Of a DNA stretch of 64,000 nt, positions 12,916 to 29,787 are shown one piece after another. Each line of letters starts with the position of its first letter. Position 1 is the first letter of the stretch. The DNA comes from Hemiscyllium ocellatum (lineage: Eukaryota), in assembly GCF_020745735.1 (NCBI RefSeq), contig NC_083432.1, forward strand, positions 35,364,533-35,428,532, in the 5' to 3' direction. The notes under the pieces are model-generated. The model searched no databases. It saw only the letters and a program-made list of their open reading frames with translations, and was not told the DNA's origin. The translations under genes and the position numbers were made by a program.

Positions 12916-13192
12916 TTGGCAAGCACATCGAAATGATCATTGCTTCCCAATGTGTGTCCCCCAAAATTAAAATTTCCTCCTTCATTGCAGAACACAAGAC
13001 CATAAACCCCATCTCAAAAAAAAAGTTAATTGCCTCTTTTCCAACTACTAGCGGAAAGCCTTTAAATTTTGATCTTTCTCTCGTCTAGATTTCGCGGTGT
13101 TTACTAAAGGAAAGATATCAACGGCAATAGTTTTGCCAAACTTTTCACGATTGGAAAAGTCGAGGAGAAATGGGAAGACCACAAGATCTTAC

Positions 13193-13260
13193 CGTGAAAA
13201 TCAGCTCTGACTGCACAGGAGAGCAGCAACTCTGGTCAATTCCGGCTTCCAGTCTAGAAC
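13193..13260 (-). other. IFI35: Non-coding exon 1 of putative IFI35 (TSS approximate)
   Basis: ACG|GTAAGA donor at 13192; directly downstream of the ISRE; locally elevated CpG. Confidence 0.55.
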
Positions 13261-13273
13261 CACCCGCTTTACT

Positions 13274-13286
13274 GGAAACTGAAACT
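13274..13286 (-). promoter_or_regulatory. ISRE AGTTTCAGTTTCC
   Basis: Match to the ISRE consensus; GAS-like TTCCCGGAT at 13302-13310. Confidence 0.75.
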
Positions 13287-13731
13287 TACTGCTTTGCAGT
13301 AATCCGGGAACAACAATCCGAAAGCACACAGTGAAAGGCTCGAACTTGGTTGGAGATTTAAACCGAGGTGTCCCCTCAATGCACTACATGCTGTTTCATG
13401 CAAGATTACTGATGTCAGCCCATCTCTGTAACCTGTGATATTTATTCCTCACATTCCTGAAGAAGGGCTCATGCCGGAAACATCGATTTTCCTGCTCCTT
13501 GGATGCTGCCTGACCTGCTGCGCTTTTCCAGCAACACATTTTCAGCTCATTCCTCACAGTCCCCCAAGGTCACTTCTTGTGAAGGATGTAAATAAATACT
13601 GCAGAGGTTGTAGGGTCAGGAGCAGAGCTTTTGAGTTCCGACTATTAGGCAAAAGAACCAAGGATGACATGAGAGACACAGGAGGAGGCAATTCAGCCCC
13701 TCCAGCCTGCTCCGCCATTCTAGATCACATC

Positions 13732-14944
13732 TGCCTTTATCGGTTAGAGTATTGAGTACAGGAATTGGGAGGTCATGTTGTGGCTGTAGAGGACATTGGT
13801 TAGGTCACTTGTGGAATACTATGCAGTTCTGGTCTCCCTCCTATCAGAAGGATAGAGTCATAGAGATCTACAGCATAAAAACAGACACTTGCATCCAATT
13901 CGTCCATACCAAACAGATATCCTAACCGAAAGAGAAAATGCTGGAAAATCTCAACAGGTCTGGCAGCATCTGTAAGGAGAGAAAAGAGCTGACATTTTGA
14001 GTCTAACTGACCCTTTGTCAAAGACTCAAAATGTCAGCTCTTTTCTCTCCTTACAGATGCTACCAGACCTGTTGAGATTTTCCAGCATTTTCTTTTGGTT
14101 TCAGATTCCAGCATCCGCAGTAATTTGCTGATATCCTAACCTAATCTAGTCCCATTTGCAAGCACTTGACTCATATCCCTCTGAACCTTCCTATTCATAC
14201 ACCCATCCAGATACTTTTTAAATGGAAACAGATCCTTCGGTCCAACCTGTCCATGCCGACCAGATATCCCAACACAATCTAATCCCACCCGCCAGCAACT
14301 GGCTCATATCCCTCCAAACCCTTCCTATTCATATACCCATCTAAATGCCTCTTAAATGTTTCAATTGTACCAGCCTCTACCACTTCCACTGACAGCTCAT
14401 TCCATAACCGTACCTCACTCTGTGCGAAAAGGTTGCCCCTTAGATCTCTTTTACTTGAAATGGTTCAGAAAAGATTTACAAGGATGTTGCCAGGGTTGGA
14501 AGATTTGAGCTGTAAGAAGAGGCTGAATAGGCTGGGGCTGTTTTCCCTGGAACGTGGGAACTGAGGACTAACTTTATAGAGGTTTATAAAATCATGAGGG
14601 GCATAGATAAGATAAATAGACAAAGTATTTTCCCTGGGGTGGGGAAAGGGTTAGAGTTAGGGTGAGGGGAAAAATGTAAAAGGGATCAAAGGGGCAACTG
14701 TTTCACACAGAGGGTGGTACGTGTGTGGAATGAGCTGCCAGAGGAAGTGGTGGAGGCTAGAACAATTACAACATTTAAAAGGCATCTGGATGGGTGTATG
14801 AATAGGAAGGGTTTAGAGGGATATGAGTCAAGTGCTGCCAGACCTGTTGAGTCAAATGGGACTAGATTAGGTTAGAATATCTGTTTGGCATGGACGAATT
14901 GGATGCAAGTGTCTGTTTTTGTGCTGTACATTTCTATGACTCTA
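13732..14944 (+). mobile_element. CR1/HER1 3' fragment containing two inverted CR1 3' pieces (13853-14452) and a PLE fold-back
   Basis: Consensus shared with 31815-32452; inverted pieces sit between cagaaggat and acttgaaa. Confidence 0.8.
13928..14129. mobile_element. PLE family C terminal fold-back
   Basis: ~80-bp inverted arms 13924-14004/14022-14100; 12-bp direct repeat gatatcctaacc at 13916-13927 and 14130-14141. Confidence 0.75.
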
Positions 14945-15564
14945 AGAGCATTATCTCAGCTCCATTTTGTCACACTAACCCCACAATCCATTAGTAATTT
15001 GCAAGCTATCAATTTCTGTCTTGAATACACAGACTGAAATGCCATAGTGCATGGTGAAGAAATGTGGCACCTCAGCCTTTAATGGTTTCCCTTAGTTTGA
15101 AGTTGTGTCCACTGGGTCTAAATGTCTAATCCAAGAGAAACACCATTTCAGCATGTGTACTGTGTAGATCCTTAAGAATCTTATAACATTCAGTAACATC
15201 ACCTCTTATTCTTGTAAACGCCCATTAATACAGGTCCAGTCTCCTCCTCATTCCCCGATCTAACCATCCTTGGAATTAGTCTGGTGAGCCTCCGTTACAC
15301 CGACTCCATGGAACTAAACAGTTGGTCATTGAGCCTCATTAAGCCTTTCTGATCTCTGTATAACTGCCTTTGTTCCATATCCTTCAATAACTTTGGGCAA
15401 CATAGACGTGTTAATCTCACATCTAAGATTTTTAAAAATCTAATGCATTAGTATTTATCAAGAAAAAGCTATTTAGTGCATCAAGTAGATAGGAGTACAC
15501 TCCTGTCAGGATATGATTTCAATGTGGAGGTGCCAGTGTTGGAATTGGATGGACAAGGTAAGAA

Positions 15565-15732
15565 CTGAAAATGTGTTGCTGGAAAAGCGCAGCAGGTCAG
15601 GCAGCATCCAAAGAGGAGAATAGCCCGAAACGTTGATTCTCCTGGTCTTTGGATGCTGACTGACCTGCTGGGCTTTTCCAGCAACACATTTTCAGCTCTG
15701 ATCTCCAGCATCTGCAGTCCTCACTTTCTCCT
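15565..15732. mobile_element. PLE family A fold-back nested in an older family B copy
   Basis: Inverted ctgaaaatgtgttgctggaaaag arms; tggacaag duplicated at 15550 and 15733. Confidence 0.7.
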
Positions 15733-15897
15733 TGGACAAGAAGTCACACAAGATCAGGTTATAGTCCAACAGGTTTATTTGAAATCACAAGCTTTCAGAG
15801 CGATGCCCCTTTGTCAGGTAAAGCACACAAGCACAGAATTTTTAGCTTAAAAATCACACAACACCAGGTTATAGTCCAACAGGTTTAATTGGAAGCA

Positions 15898-15932
15898 CAC
15901 TAGCTTTCAGAGCGACGCTCCTTCATCAGGTG
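15898..15932 (-). ncRNA. Minimal type I hammerhead ribozyme motif (PLE-associated)
   Basis: Exact reverse complement of 16317-16351. Confidence 0.65.
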
Positions 15933-16316
15933 ATTGTGGAGGGCTCGATCCTAACACAGAATTTATAGTTAAAATTTACAGTGTGATGTAACTGAAATTA
16001 TACATTGAAAAATTGATTGTTAAGCCTTTCATCTGTTAGAATACAGTGATAGTTTCATTTCTTTCATGTGTAAATCACAAAACCTTTTTTTAAAAAAGTT
16101 ACATTCTCAGGTTAGCTGTTAACAATGGTGAATTAACACCATCGTTAACAGCTAACCCGAGAATGCAATTTTTTAAAAAAAAGGTTTTGTGATTTACACA
16201 TGAAAGAAATGAAACTATCACTGTATTCTAACAGATGAAAGGCTTAACAGACAATCAATTTTTCAATGTATAATTTCAGTTACATCACACTGTGTTAGGA
16301 TTGAGACCTCCACTAT

Positions 16317-16351
16317 CACCTGATGAAGGAGCGTCGCTCTGAAAGCTAGTG
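16317..16351 (+). ncRNA. Minimal type I hammerhead ribozyme motif (PLE-associated)
   Basis: CAC-CUGAUGA-A-GGAGC(GUC)GCUCU-GAAA-GCUA-GUG: intact core, 5-bp stem II, palindromic AGCU stem III, CAC/GUG stem I. Confidence 0.65.
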
Positions 16352-16483
16352 TGCTTCCAATTAAACCTGTTGGACTATAACCTGGTGTTGTGTGATTTTT
16401 AACTTTGTACATTCCAGTCCAACAGCGGCATCTCCAAATCATGACAGAATTTCTAGGCAGAGAGATCAAAAGATAGTACAAAT

Positions 16484-17118
16484 TGTTACGACACGATGGT
16501 AAACCTCTCTGTTAATTAAAGGAACACCCAAGGAAAGCTCATCTCGTCTTGTAATCTGTTAAAATATGAGTGACAGAGAACTCCCAAATTCCAGTATTTA
16601 AAGAAAATATCAATTTATTTTTAACTCTAAAAGTGAACATTAAACAACTGTTCACAACTCTAAGCTCCCCCACCCCAACCCCACCTTTCTCTTAACAGCT
16701 TATTATCTGCCTCCAACTCTATAACAATATGGTGTTCCAATAAGACACTTATTAAAATTACATCAACTTAATTTCAAAACCACAGCCGCTGTCATCTTCA
16801 GCGTCTGCTTCTTCTCGCTGTAGATCTCCCTGTGATGTCTTCTTTCTTTTTTCTGTGAATGTTTCATATGAAAAGGTATCTTTGATAGAATGTTTCAATG
16901 TCTTGGGTCTCTCTTGATGGCAGTTGCTCTAACTGCAATTTTCAAAATGTCTGCATTTTTATAATCCCAACATTGGATCACCTCATTGGTCGATGTTGAC
17001 AAAACAATAAATTCTAACTCAATTAGGTTTAACTAATGATTTTAACTAATTGGTTAAATTAAAATTGCTGTCAAGACAGCAACCAACTCAGGTATGCATT
17101 TCACAGCCAAATGTTACA
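16484..17118 (-). mobile_element. Probable solo LTR
   Basis: Minus-strand termini TGTAAC...GTAACA; TATAAAAA at 16956-16963; AATAAA at 16614-16619; no clear TSD. Confidence 0.5.
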
Positions 17119-17539
17119 GGTTTTCAATTTTCTAGTACAGAGGAACTTCGATTACCCAAAGAAGATTTCAAGGCCCCACAAAAATGTTACATCAAAGGGG
17201 TAAGTGTATTCGATTTACTTGTACTGAAAAACATGTGAAAACACTGGCAAAAACAAAGAAGCACAAGCCATGGTAAATGCAGGGTTACAGGGACTGTGCA
17301 GGGATCTGGGTGGGGTGCACTTCAGTGGGTTGGCCACTTCCACATGTAGGGATTCTATGGTTCCACATTATGATCAGCAACACGCTTATTGCAATTGAAA
17401 ATTAAAAACACAGAATGCTCAGAAATCCTTGCTCAGAAGGGCAGTAGGTAAATTTAATAATGGAACCTATTAGAATTTATTACCCGGGTATTTCCAATGT
17501 GTCAGAATTATAGCACATAGAATGGTAGTAGCACAGGTG

Positions 17540-18190
17540 CCTGAAGGGCTCATGCCCAAAACGTTGATTCTCCTGTTCCTTGGATGCTGCCTGACTTGCT
17601 GCACTTTTCCAGCAACACATTTTCAGCTCTGATCTCCAGCATCTGTAGTCCTCACTTTCTCCTAGAAGATTTTAACCTACTGCGAATCCTTACAAGGATG
17701 CCTTCCTTGAAGAAGCTCTCTTCCTCCCTCTACAAGGATTTCAAACAGACTAGCCTCCATCGCCAGACCATAGCAACACGACGGCTGGAGGAAGAGCGCC
17801 TCATCTTCCGCCTAGGAACCCTCCAACCACAAGGGATGAACTCAGACTTCTCCAATTTCCTCATTTCCCCTCCCCCCACCTTGTCTCAGTCCCAACTCTC
17901 GAATTCAGCACCACCTTCCTAACCTGCAATCTTCTTCCTGACCTCTCCACCCCCACCCCCACTCCGGCCTATCACCCTCACCTTAACCTCCTTCCACCAA
18001 TCGCATTTCCAACGCCCCTCCTCCCTACCTTTTATCTTAGCCTACTTGGCACACTCTCCTCAACCTGAAGAAGGGCTCATGCCTGAAATGTCAATTCTCC
18101 TGCTCCTTGGATGCTACCTGACCTGCTGCGCTTTTCAAGCAACACATTTTCAGCTCAGATCTCCAGCATCTGCAGTCCTCACTTTCCCCC
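17540..18190 (+). mobile_element. PLE family A partial tandem (terminus, ORF start, ORF end, terminus)
   Basis: Two direct copies of the family A terminus around a RRLEEERLIFRLGTLQPQGMN ORF tail. Confidence 0.75.
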
Positions 18191-18794
18191 AATAGCACAG
18201 GTCATCCAGCTGATGTCTGTGCCAACTCTTAAGGGCAAGTCACCATGTGCTACTCCCCAACTTTTCTCTGTGACCCTGCAAATTGGCATCAAAAACACTT
18301 ACAGTATATTCCAGATCCTATTGATTTGCTGCTTCAGAACTTCTTTTTAACTCCATTTCTTGTTTTGCCAATTCACTTCATCCTCTGGTTTTGATAGTTT
18401 CACGGACGGGGCAGTTTCTTCCTTTTGTCCCTATTCAGGCCACTCAATGTTGTGGCAGAGACTGCATCCCTATTGGCCAGGACATTGGGGTTCAATTGCC
18501 ACCAGTCATGGAACTGTGTTACACTTAAACAGGTTGATTCCGATAATGATCGACTTTTCAAAGCTCAACTGCGTCATTGGACTCCAGGGCAAGTATAATC
18601 ACAGCCAGAATTATCACCATGCTACACGTTTAGGGAAGAGTTTGAAGATTTTCAGTTCCTGTCATACCTTCTCAAAAAAAAATTGCATTTTCCTGTAGTT
18701 CTAATTAACATTGCTGCTTAGAACATTGGTGAGAATAATGCTTGGAGCCTTCAAGTAGTAATCAAATGTCGCTGATCAAGTTATGATCGCCATA

Positions 18795-20390
18795 TTCATA
18801 CAGCACAGAAACTGAGCCTGCAGTCCAAGTCATCCAGCCTGACCAGATATCCTAAACTGATCAAGTCCCATGTTCCTTCCAGAATTGTATCTGCATCTAC
18901 CAGCCTCTCCAGCAGCCTAATTCAAAGTCAAATATTTGTGTTAGCCTCACAACAGCTCAGCAACACTCCCCAGATCTTGCTGTGAAGTGTATAAATCGTG
19001 CCCTGGGTTGCCTGTCCAAAATGCTGCACCTCATATTTATCTAAATTAACCTCCAACTACCAGCTGATCCAAATCCCGTTGCACTCTGAAGTAGTCTTCT
19101 TCGCTGCCCACACTTCCAATTTTGGTGTAATCTGTAAATTTACTAACCATACCTATGTTTACATTAAAATAATTTGTATAAATGACAAAAGGCATTGGAC
19201 CCAGCACCGATCCTTGTGGCACACTGCTGGTCACAGGCCTCCACTCTGAAAAACAACCCTCCACCCCATCCTCTGTCGTCTTCGAGTCAGTTCTGTTTCC
19301 AAATGGCTAGTTCTCCCTGTATTCCATGAGATCCAACCTTGCTAACCAGCTGACCGTGAGGAACCGTGTCAAAAACCTTACTGAAGTCCACATAGATCAC
19401 ACCTACCACTATGCCCTCATCAATCCTCCTTGTTACTTCTTCAAAATACTCCATCAAGTTAATGAGACACGATTTCCCATACATAAAGCCACTTTTGACT
19501 ATCCCTAATCAGGCCTTGCTTTTCCAAATACATGTAAATCCTGTGCCTCAGGATTCCCTCCACTTGCGCATCACTGATATCAAGCTTGCTGGTCTGTAGT
19601 TCCCCAAATTTTCCTTACCACCTTTCTTAAATAAACATTACCAATTCTCCAGTTTTCTGCACCTCACCTGTGGCTATTGATGATACAAATACCTCAGCAA
19701 AGGGCCCAGCAATCACTTCCCACATAGTTCTGGTCCTGGAAATCTATGCACTTATGCGTTTTAAGATGTCTGGCACCAACTTGTCTGTAAAATGGACATT
19801 TTTCAAGATGTTTATATTTACTTCCCCAGGTTTTCTATCTTCCATTTTTCTCCACAGTGAACATTAATGCAAATTACTCATTTAGGATCTCCTCCCATCT
19901 CCTGCAGTTCCACACAGACAGCCTTGATCCTTAAGAGGCCCTATTCTCTCCCCAGTTACCCTTTTGTAGAACCTTTTTGGATTGTGCTTAACCCTATTTG
20001 CCAAAGTCATCTCATATACCCATTTTCCCTCCTGATTTCTCTCAAGTATACTCCTACTCCCTTTATAGTCTTAAGGATTCACTCCAACTCTGCTATCCAT
20101 ACCCGGTATATGCTTCCTTCTTATTCTTGACCAAAACCTAAATTTCTCTAGTCATACAGCATTTCTTAAACCTTCCAGCACCACCCAACTAACAAAAGCA
20201 TACCATCTCTGGATTTTCATTATTTCATTTTTGAAGGCTTCCCATTTTTCAGCTGTCCCTTTACTTACAAACATCTAGCCCCAATCAACTTTTGAAAGTT
20301 CTTGCCTAATACCGAAAAAACCCCCGACCTTCCTCCAATTTAGAATTTTAACTTTTAGATCCGGTCTATCAGTTTCCATCACTATTTTAA
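18795..20390 (-). mobile_element. Degraded CR1 LINE ORF2 (RT) fragment
   Basis: SCLINLMEYFEEVT..YVDFSKVFDTVPH and SSVPQGSVLGP motifs with frameshifts. Confidence 0.8.
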
Positions 20391-20817
20391 ATCTTTACCC
20401 AAAAAAAGGTTAATTTCTATGATTCTCCCTCTATTTATTTTTCTCAAAGGAAAAAAAATCAAAAATCAAAAATACTTTGTCTTTTTTGACAGCAAATGGG
20501 CCTGCAAACTTCTGCTTACTCTTTAGCTGAAAACTTAACAGAAGTCCATGGTTCTTGTGGTACAGTGGTAATGCCCCATCTCTGAGCCAGAATGCTGGTG
20601 TTCAAAAGCTACCTGCTTCAGAGGTATGTTATAACATCTATGAACAGGCTGATGAGAAATTTAAGTAGACCAAAGCATTTGGTGGCATGTGTGTTGGAAT
20701 ATGCCTTTATAATCTGCAGGTTAATGAAACATACAGGATAACATCGAAAATTTCAATGCAAGAAAATCATAATAAACCAATTCAAGACTACACCAATACT
20801 CTTATTTTACATGGACA

Positions 20818-20823
20818 TTTATT
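20818..20823 (-). terminator. RPL27 polyadenylation signal AATAAA
   Basis: 16 nt downstream of the stop codon; short 3'UTR typical of ribosomal protein genes. Confidence 0.7.
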
Positions 20824-20839
20824 TATATTGAAATACAAT

Positions 20840-27100
<6,261 letters not shown>

Positions 27101-27360
27101 TTCTGTAAAGATAAGACAGAACATGGCACATAATTAGCCAGCACAACAAAATAACCACACATCCAAGAGGCACAGGATGCTCATCCTGCTGAAAACAGAT
27201 TTAGCCAGCAATTCATCTCATTGTGCACGATGCACCCTGGGACTGAGGACTTGCTGCTTCTTAATTTGCCTTTGCTGCAAATTTTAGGCAATTATTTTGC
27301 CCTGAAACATTCCCCATAAGTTCTGCAGGGTCCATTTACTTCCTATCACTGACCTGAAAG

Positions 27361-27510
27361 TATTTAAGAGGCATTTGGATGGGTATATGAATAGGAAGGG
27401 TTTGGAAGGATATGGGCCAGGTGCTGGCAGGTGGGATGAGATTGGGCTGGGATATCAGGACGGGTTGGACCGAAGGGTCAGTTTCCATGCTGTACATCTC
27501 TATGACTCTA
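27361..27510 (+). mobile_element. CR1/HER1 3' tail in RPL27 intron 1
   Basis: tggatgggtatatgaataggaaggg...ctatgactcta. Confidence 0.8.
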
Positions 27511-27559
27511 CGCTGGATTCTCTCACAGCTCCAGTGGAGAGCCATGATCGCAAAGGACA

Positions 27560-28070
27560 CGCTTTCTCCGCCTCAGGGACAGGTCTAACTGGAAAGCTGT
27601 AGTGCAGGCGGCTGAGGGCACCCCTGCCGTGAAGAGCAGGGGGGCTTTACTGCACGGGGAGGGGGTGGGGTGGGCAGAACAGGAGCCTGACGGCAGGCCC
27701 CAGGAGCTACCACTGGATCAACTTCCCACCCCCTCGTCCATCTGCGGCCTAACCGGGGGACAGAGACCACAAATACCGCGCCCGCCGCCCAAAGGAAGGC
27801 CGCAGGATTGACGAGGGGCCGGCGCGGAATCGGCGCCGCGCGCCCTGACGGCGGATGGACGCGGATTATAATCGCATCATTCACCGGCTCCGCTGCTCAA
27901 TGGCCGCTACCCGCCCGAAAGGAAGTGCCCTCCGATCGCTCTCACCTTTGACCGCCTCCGTCCCGCCCACTGCACGTCACATCCGCACTTGCCCGCCAGC
28001 GAGGTTCTCGTGGCGCTGTGACAGTGTCGCCGCTTCTGATCCAGGGGATCCGGGTTCGAGTCCGACCCCC
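27560..28070. promoter_or_regulatory. CpG-island promoter of RPL27
   Basis: High GC/CpG; GC boxes; GTGACGTG at 27973-27980; YY1-like GCCAT near 27900. Confidence 0.8.
27885..27925 (-). other. RPL27: RPL27 non-coding exon 1 starting with the 5'TOP/TCT tract CTTCCTTTC
   Basis: Pyrimidine tract at 27917-27925; CCG|GTGAAT donor at 27884. Confidence 0.8.
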
Positions 28071-28095
28071 TGCCACAAGTCTGTTCAGAATATTC
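28003..28095 (+). mobile_element. tRNA-derived SINE head with intact B box GGTTCGAGTCC (28053-28063)
   Basis: Similar to decayed copies at ~20550 (+) and ~12240-12342 (-). Confidence 0.5.
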
Positions 28096-28249
28096 TGGGT
28101 CACTGCTCTCGATTATATTAATCCTGTTTTCAGGTCACCGACCTGCTGAGGCTTTCTCTTGTGTCAGATTTCCAGCATCCACAGGATTCCAATGAGGTGG
28201 GGGTCCTCATGACCAGAACTGGATTTTGTCTTAAAATTCAGGATGCAGG

Positions 28250-29330
28250 AGCAAATTACTGCAGATGCTGGAATCTGCACTGAAAACAAAAAATGCTGGA
28301 AATCACAGTGGGTCAGCCAGCATCCATATTGATACAGCAAGCTGATGTTTCAAGTCCAGATGAGTTATCATCAGAGCTGAACTTTAGCGTGGAGGGCAGT
28401 GGGTATAAGATGCTGGGGAGAAAAAGATGTTGATAGTTCAGATTAAGTAACTGGAATGTGGGAATAGCAGAACAATGATGTGTCTAAGTGCCAAACTGGA
28501 AAGAACAGACAGTCCCACTGGGATGGATGTAGGGGGGTGGGAGGGGAAGAAGAGGAATACAAGAAGAGTATTGTGGTAGAGAATACAACTCCTAAAGCGA
28601 AAAGAATGGTTAGGAATGGGTTCACAATTTGAAGGTCTCAAACTCAATATTGAGCCCAAAGGCTGTAAAGTGCCCGGTCTGCAGGTGAGATGTTGTTGCT
28701 CCAGTTTGCTGTGTGATTCATAGGAGCACCCCAGCATTCCGAAGACAAAGAAGTGGGCATGCGAGCAGGATGGTGTGTTAAAACGACCAGTTACAGGAAG
28801 TTCGGGGACCTGCTTGCACACAGAACAGAGGTGCTCTGCAAAGTGGTCACTCAATCTACATTTGGTTTCTCCGATGTATAGTAGGCCACATTTGGTGCAG
28901 TGAATACAACGCACAAGATTGGAGAATGTACAGGTGAAATGCTGCTTCACCTGGAAAGACTGGAAAGCCCTTGGATGGTGAGCAGGGAGGAGGTGAAGGG
29001 GCAGGTGCTGCACCTTCTGTGGTTACATGGGAAAGTGTCAAGAGAAGGATGGATGGTGTTGATTGTTGGGGAATGGACTAGGTTGTCCTGGAGGGAGTGA
29101 TCCCTGAAAAATGCAGATGGAGGAGTGAAGAGAAGATATGTTTGGTGGTGGCATTCTGCTGGAGTTATCTGAAATGGCAGAGAATGATCCTTTGAACGAG
29201 GATGATGGTGTGATGAAAAGTGAGAACATGGGAGACCGGATCACACTGCTGAGAGTGATGGGAAAGGGTAAGGGAGAAAAGCATGGGTGATAGGTTGGAT
29301 GAGGTTGAGGGTCCTGTCAACCACAGTGGA
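28250..29330 (-). mobile_element. PLE fragment with GIY-YIG endonuclease remnant
   Basis: ORF 28438-29013: CIHCTKCGLLYIGETKCRLSDHFAEHL. Confidence 0.8.
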
Positions 29331-29585
29331 TGTGGTAACTATGGTTATTGAACTTGTACAAGAAAGCCATTTGGTCCTTCAGGTCTGCACCAGTTATCTA
29401 TTGGACATTATGTCTTTGTGACTTTCTCCTGTTTTTCTCTGTACAATTCCCTTTACAGTAATTTTGTAAGCTGTGTTCCTGTTTGTTGGAATCAGTGATT
29501 AAGCATTCAATCATGCCTGTTATTTCTTGGCGTTGCCATTGTAACACATACCAGAATCCATGGAATTGTCTTGCTACAGTATGAA

Positions 29586-29787
29586 GGAAGTGAGGACTGC
29601 AGATGCTGGAGATCAGAGCTTAAAAGTGTGTTGCTGGAAAAGCGCAGGTCAGGCAGCATCAAAGGAACAGGAGAATCGACGTTTCGGGCATCAGCCCTCC
29701 TTCAGGGCTGATGCCCGAAACGTTGATTCTCCTGTTCCTTTGATGCTGCCTGACCTGCTGCGCTTTTCCAGCAACACATTTTTAAGC
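29586..29787. mobile_element. PLE family A fold-back
   Basis: Arms 29615-29698/29704-29790; perfect 17-bp direct repeat at 29569-29585 and 29788-29804. Confidence 0.85.

Larger units (their letters stand above)
15847..16443. mobile_element. PLE family B large fold-back (~270-280 bp arms)
   Basis: Arms 15847-16130/16137-16402 around loop aattaa; direct repeat acagaattt(t/c)tag at 15833-15845 and 16444-16456. Confidence 0.85.

Noticed and set aside
28003-28076. tRNA gene
   Set aside because: Has a B box but no closing acceptor stem or cloverleaf; matches a SINE family present elsewhere in the window
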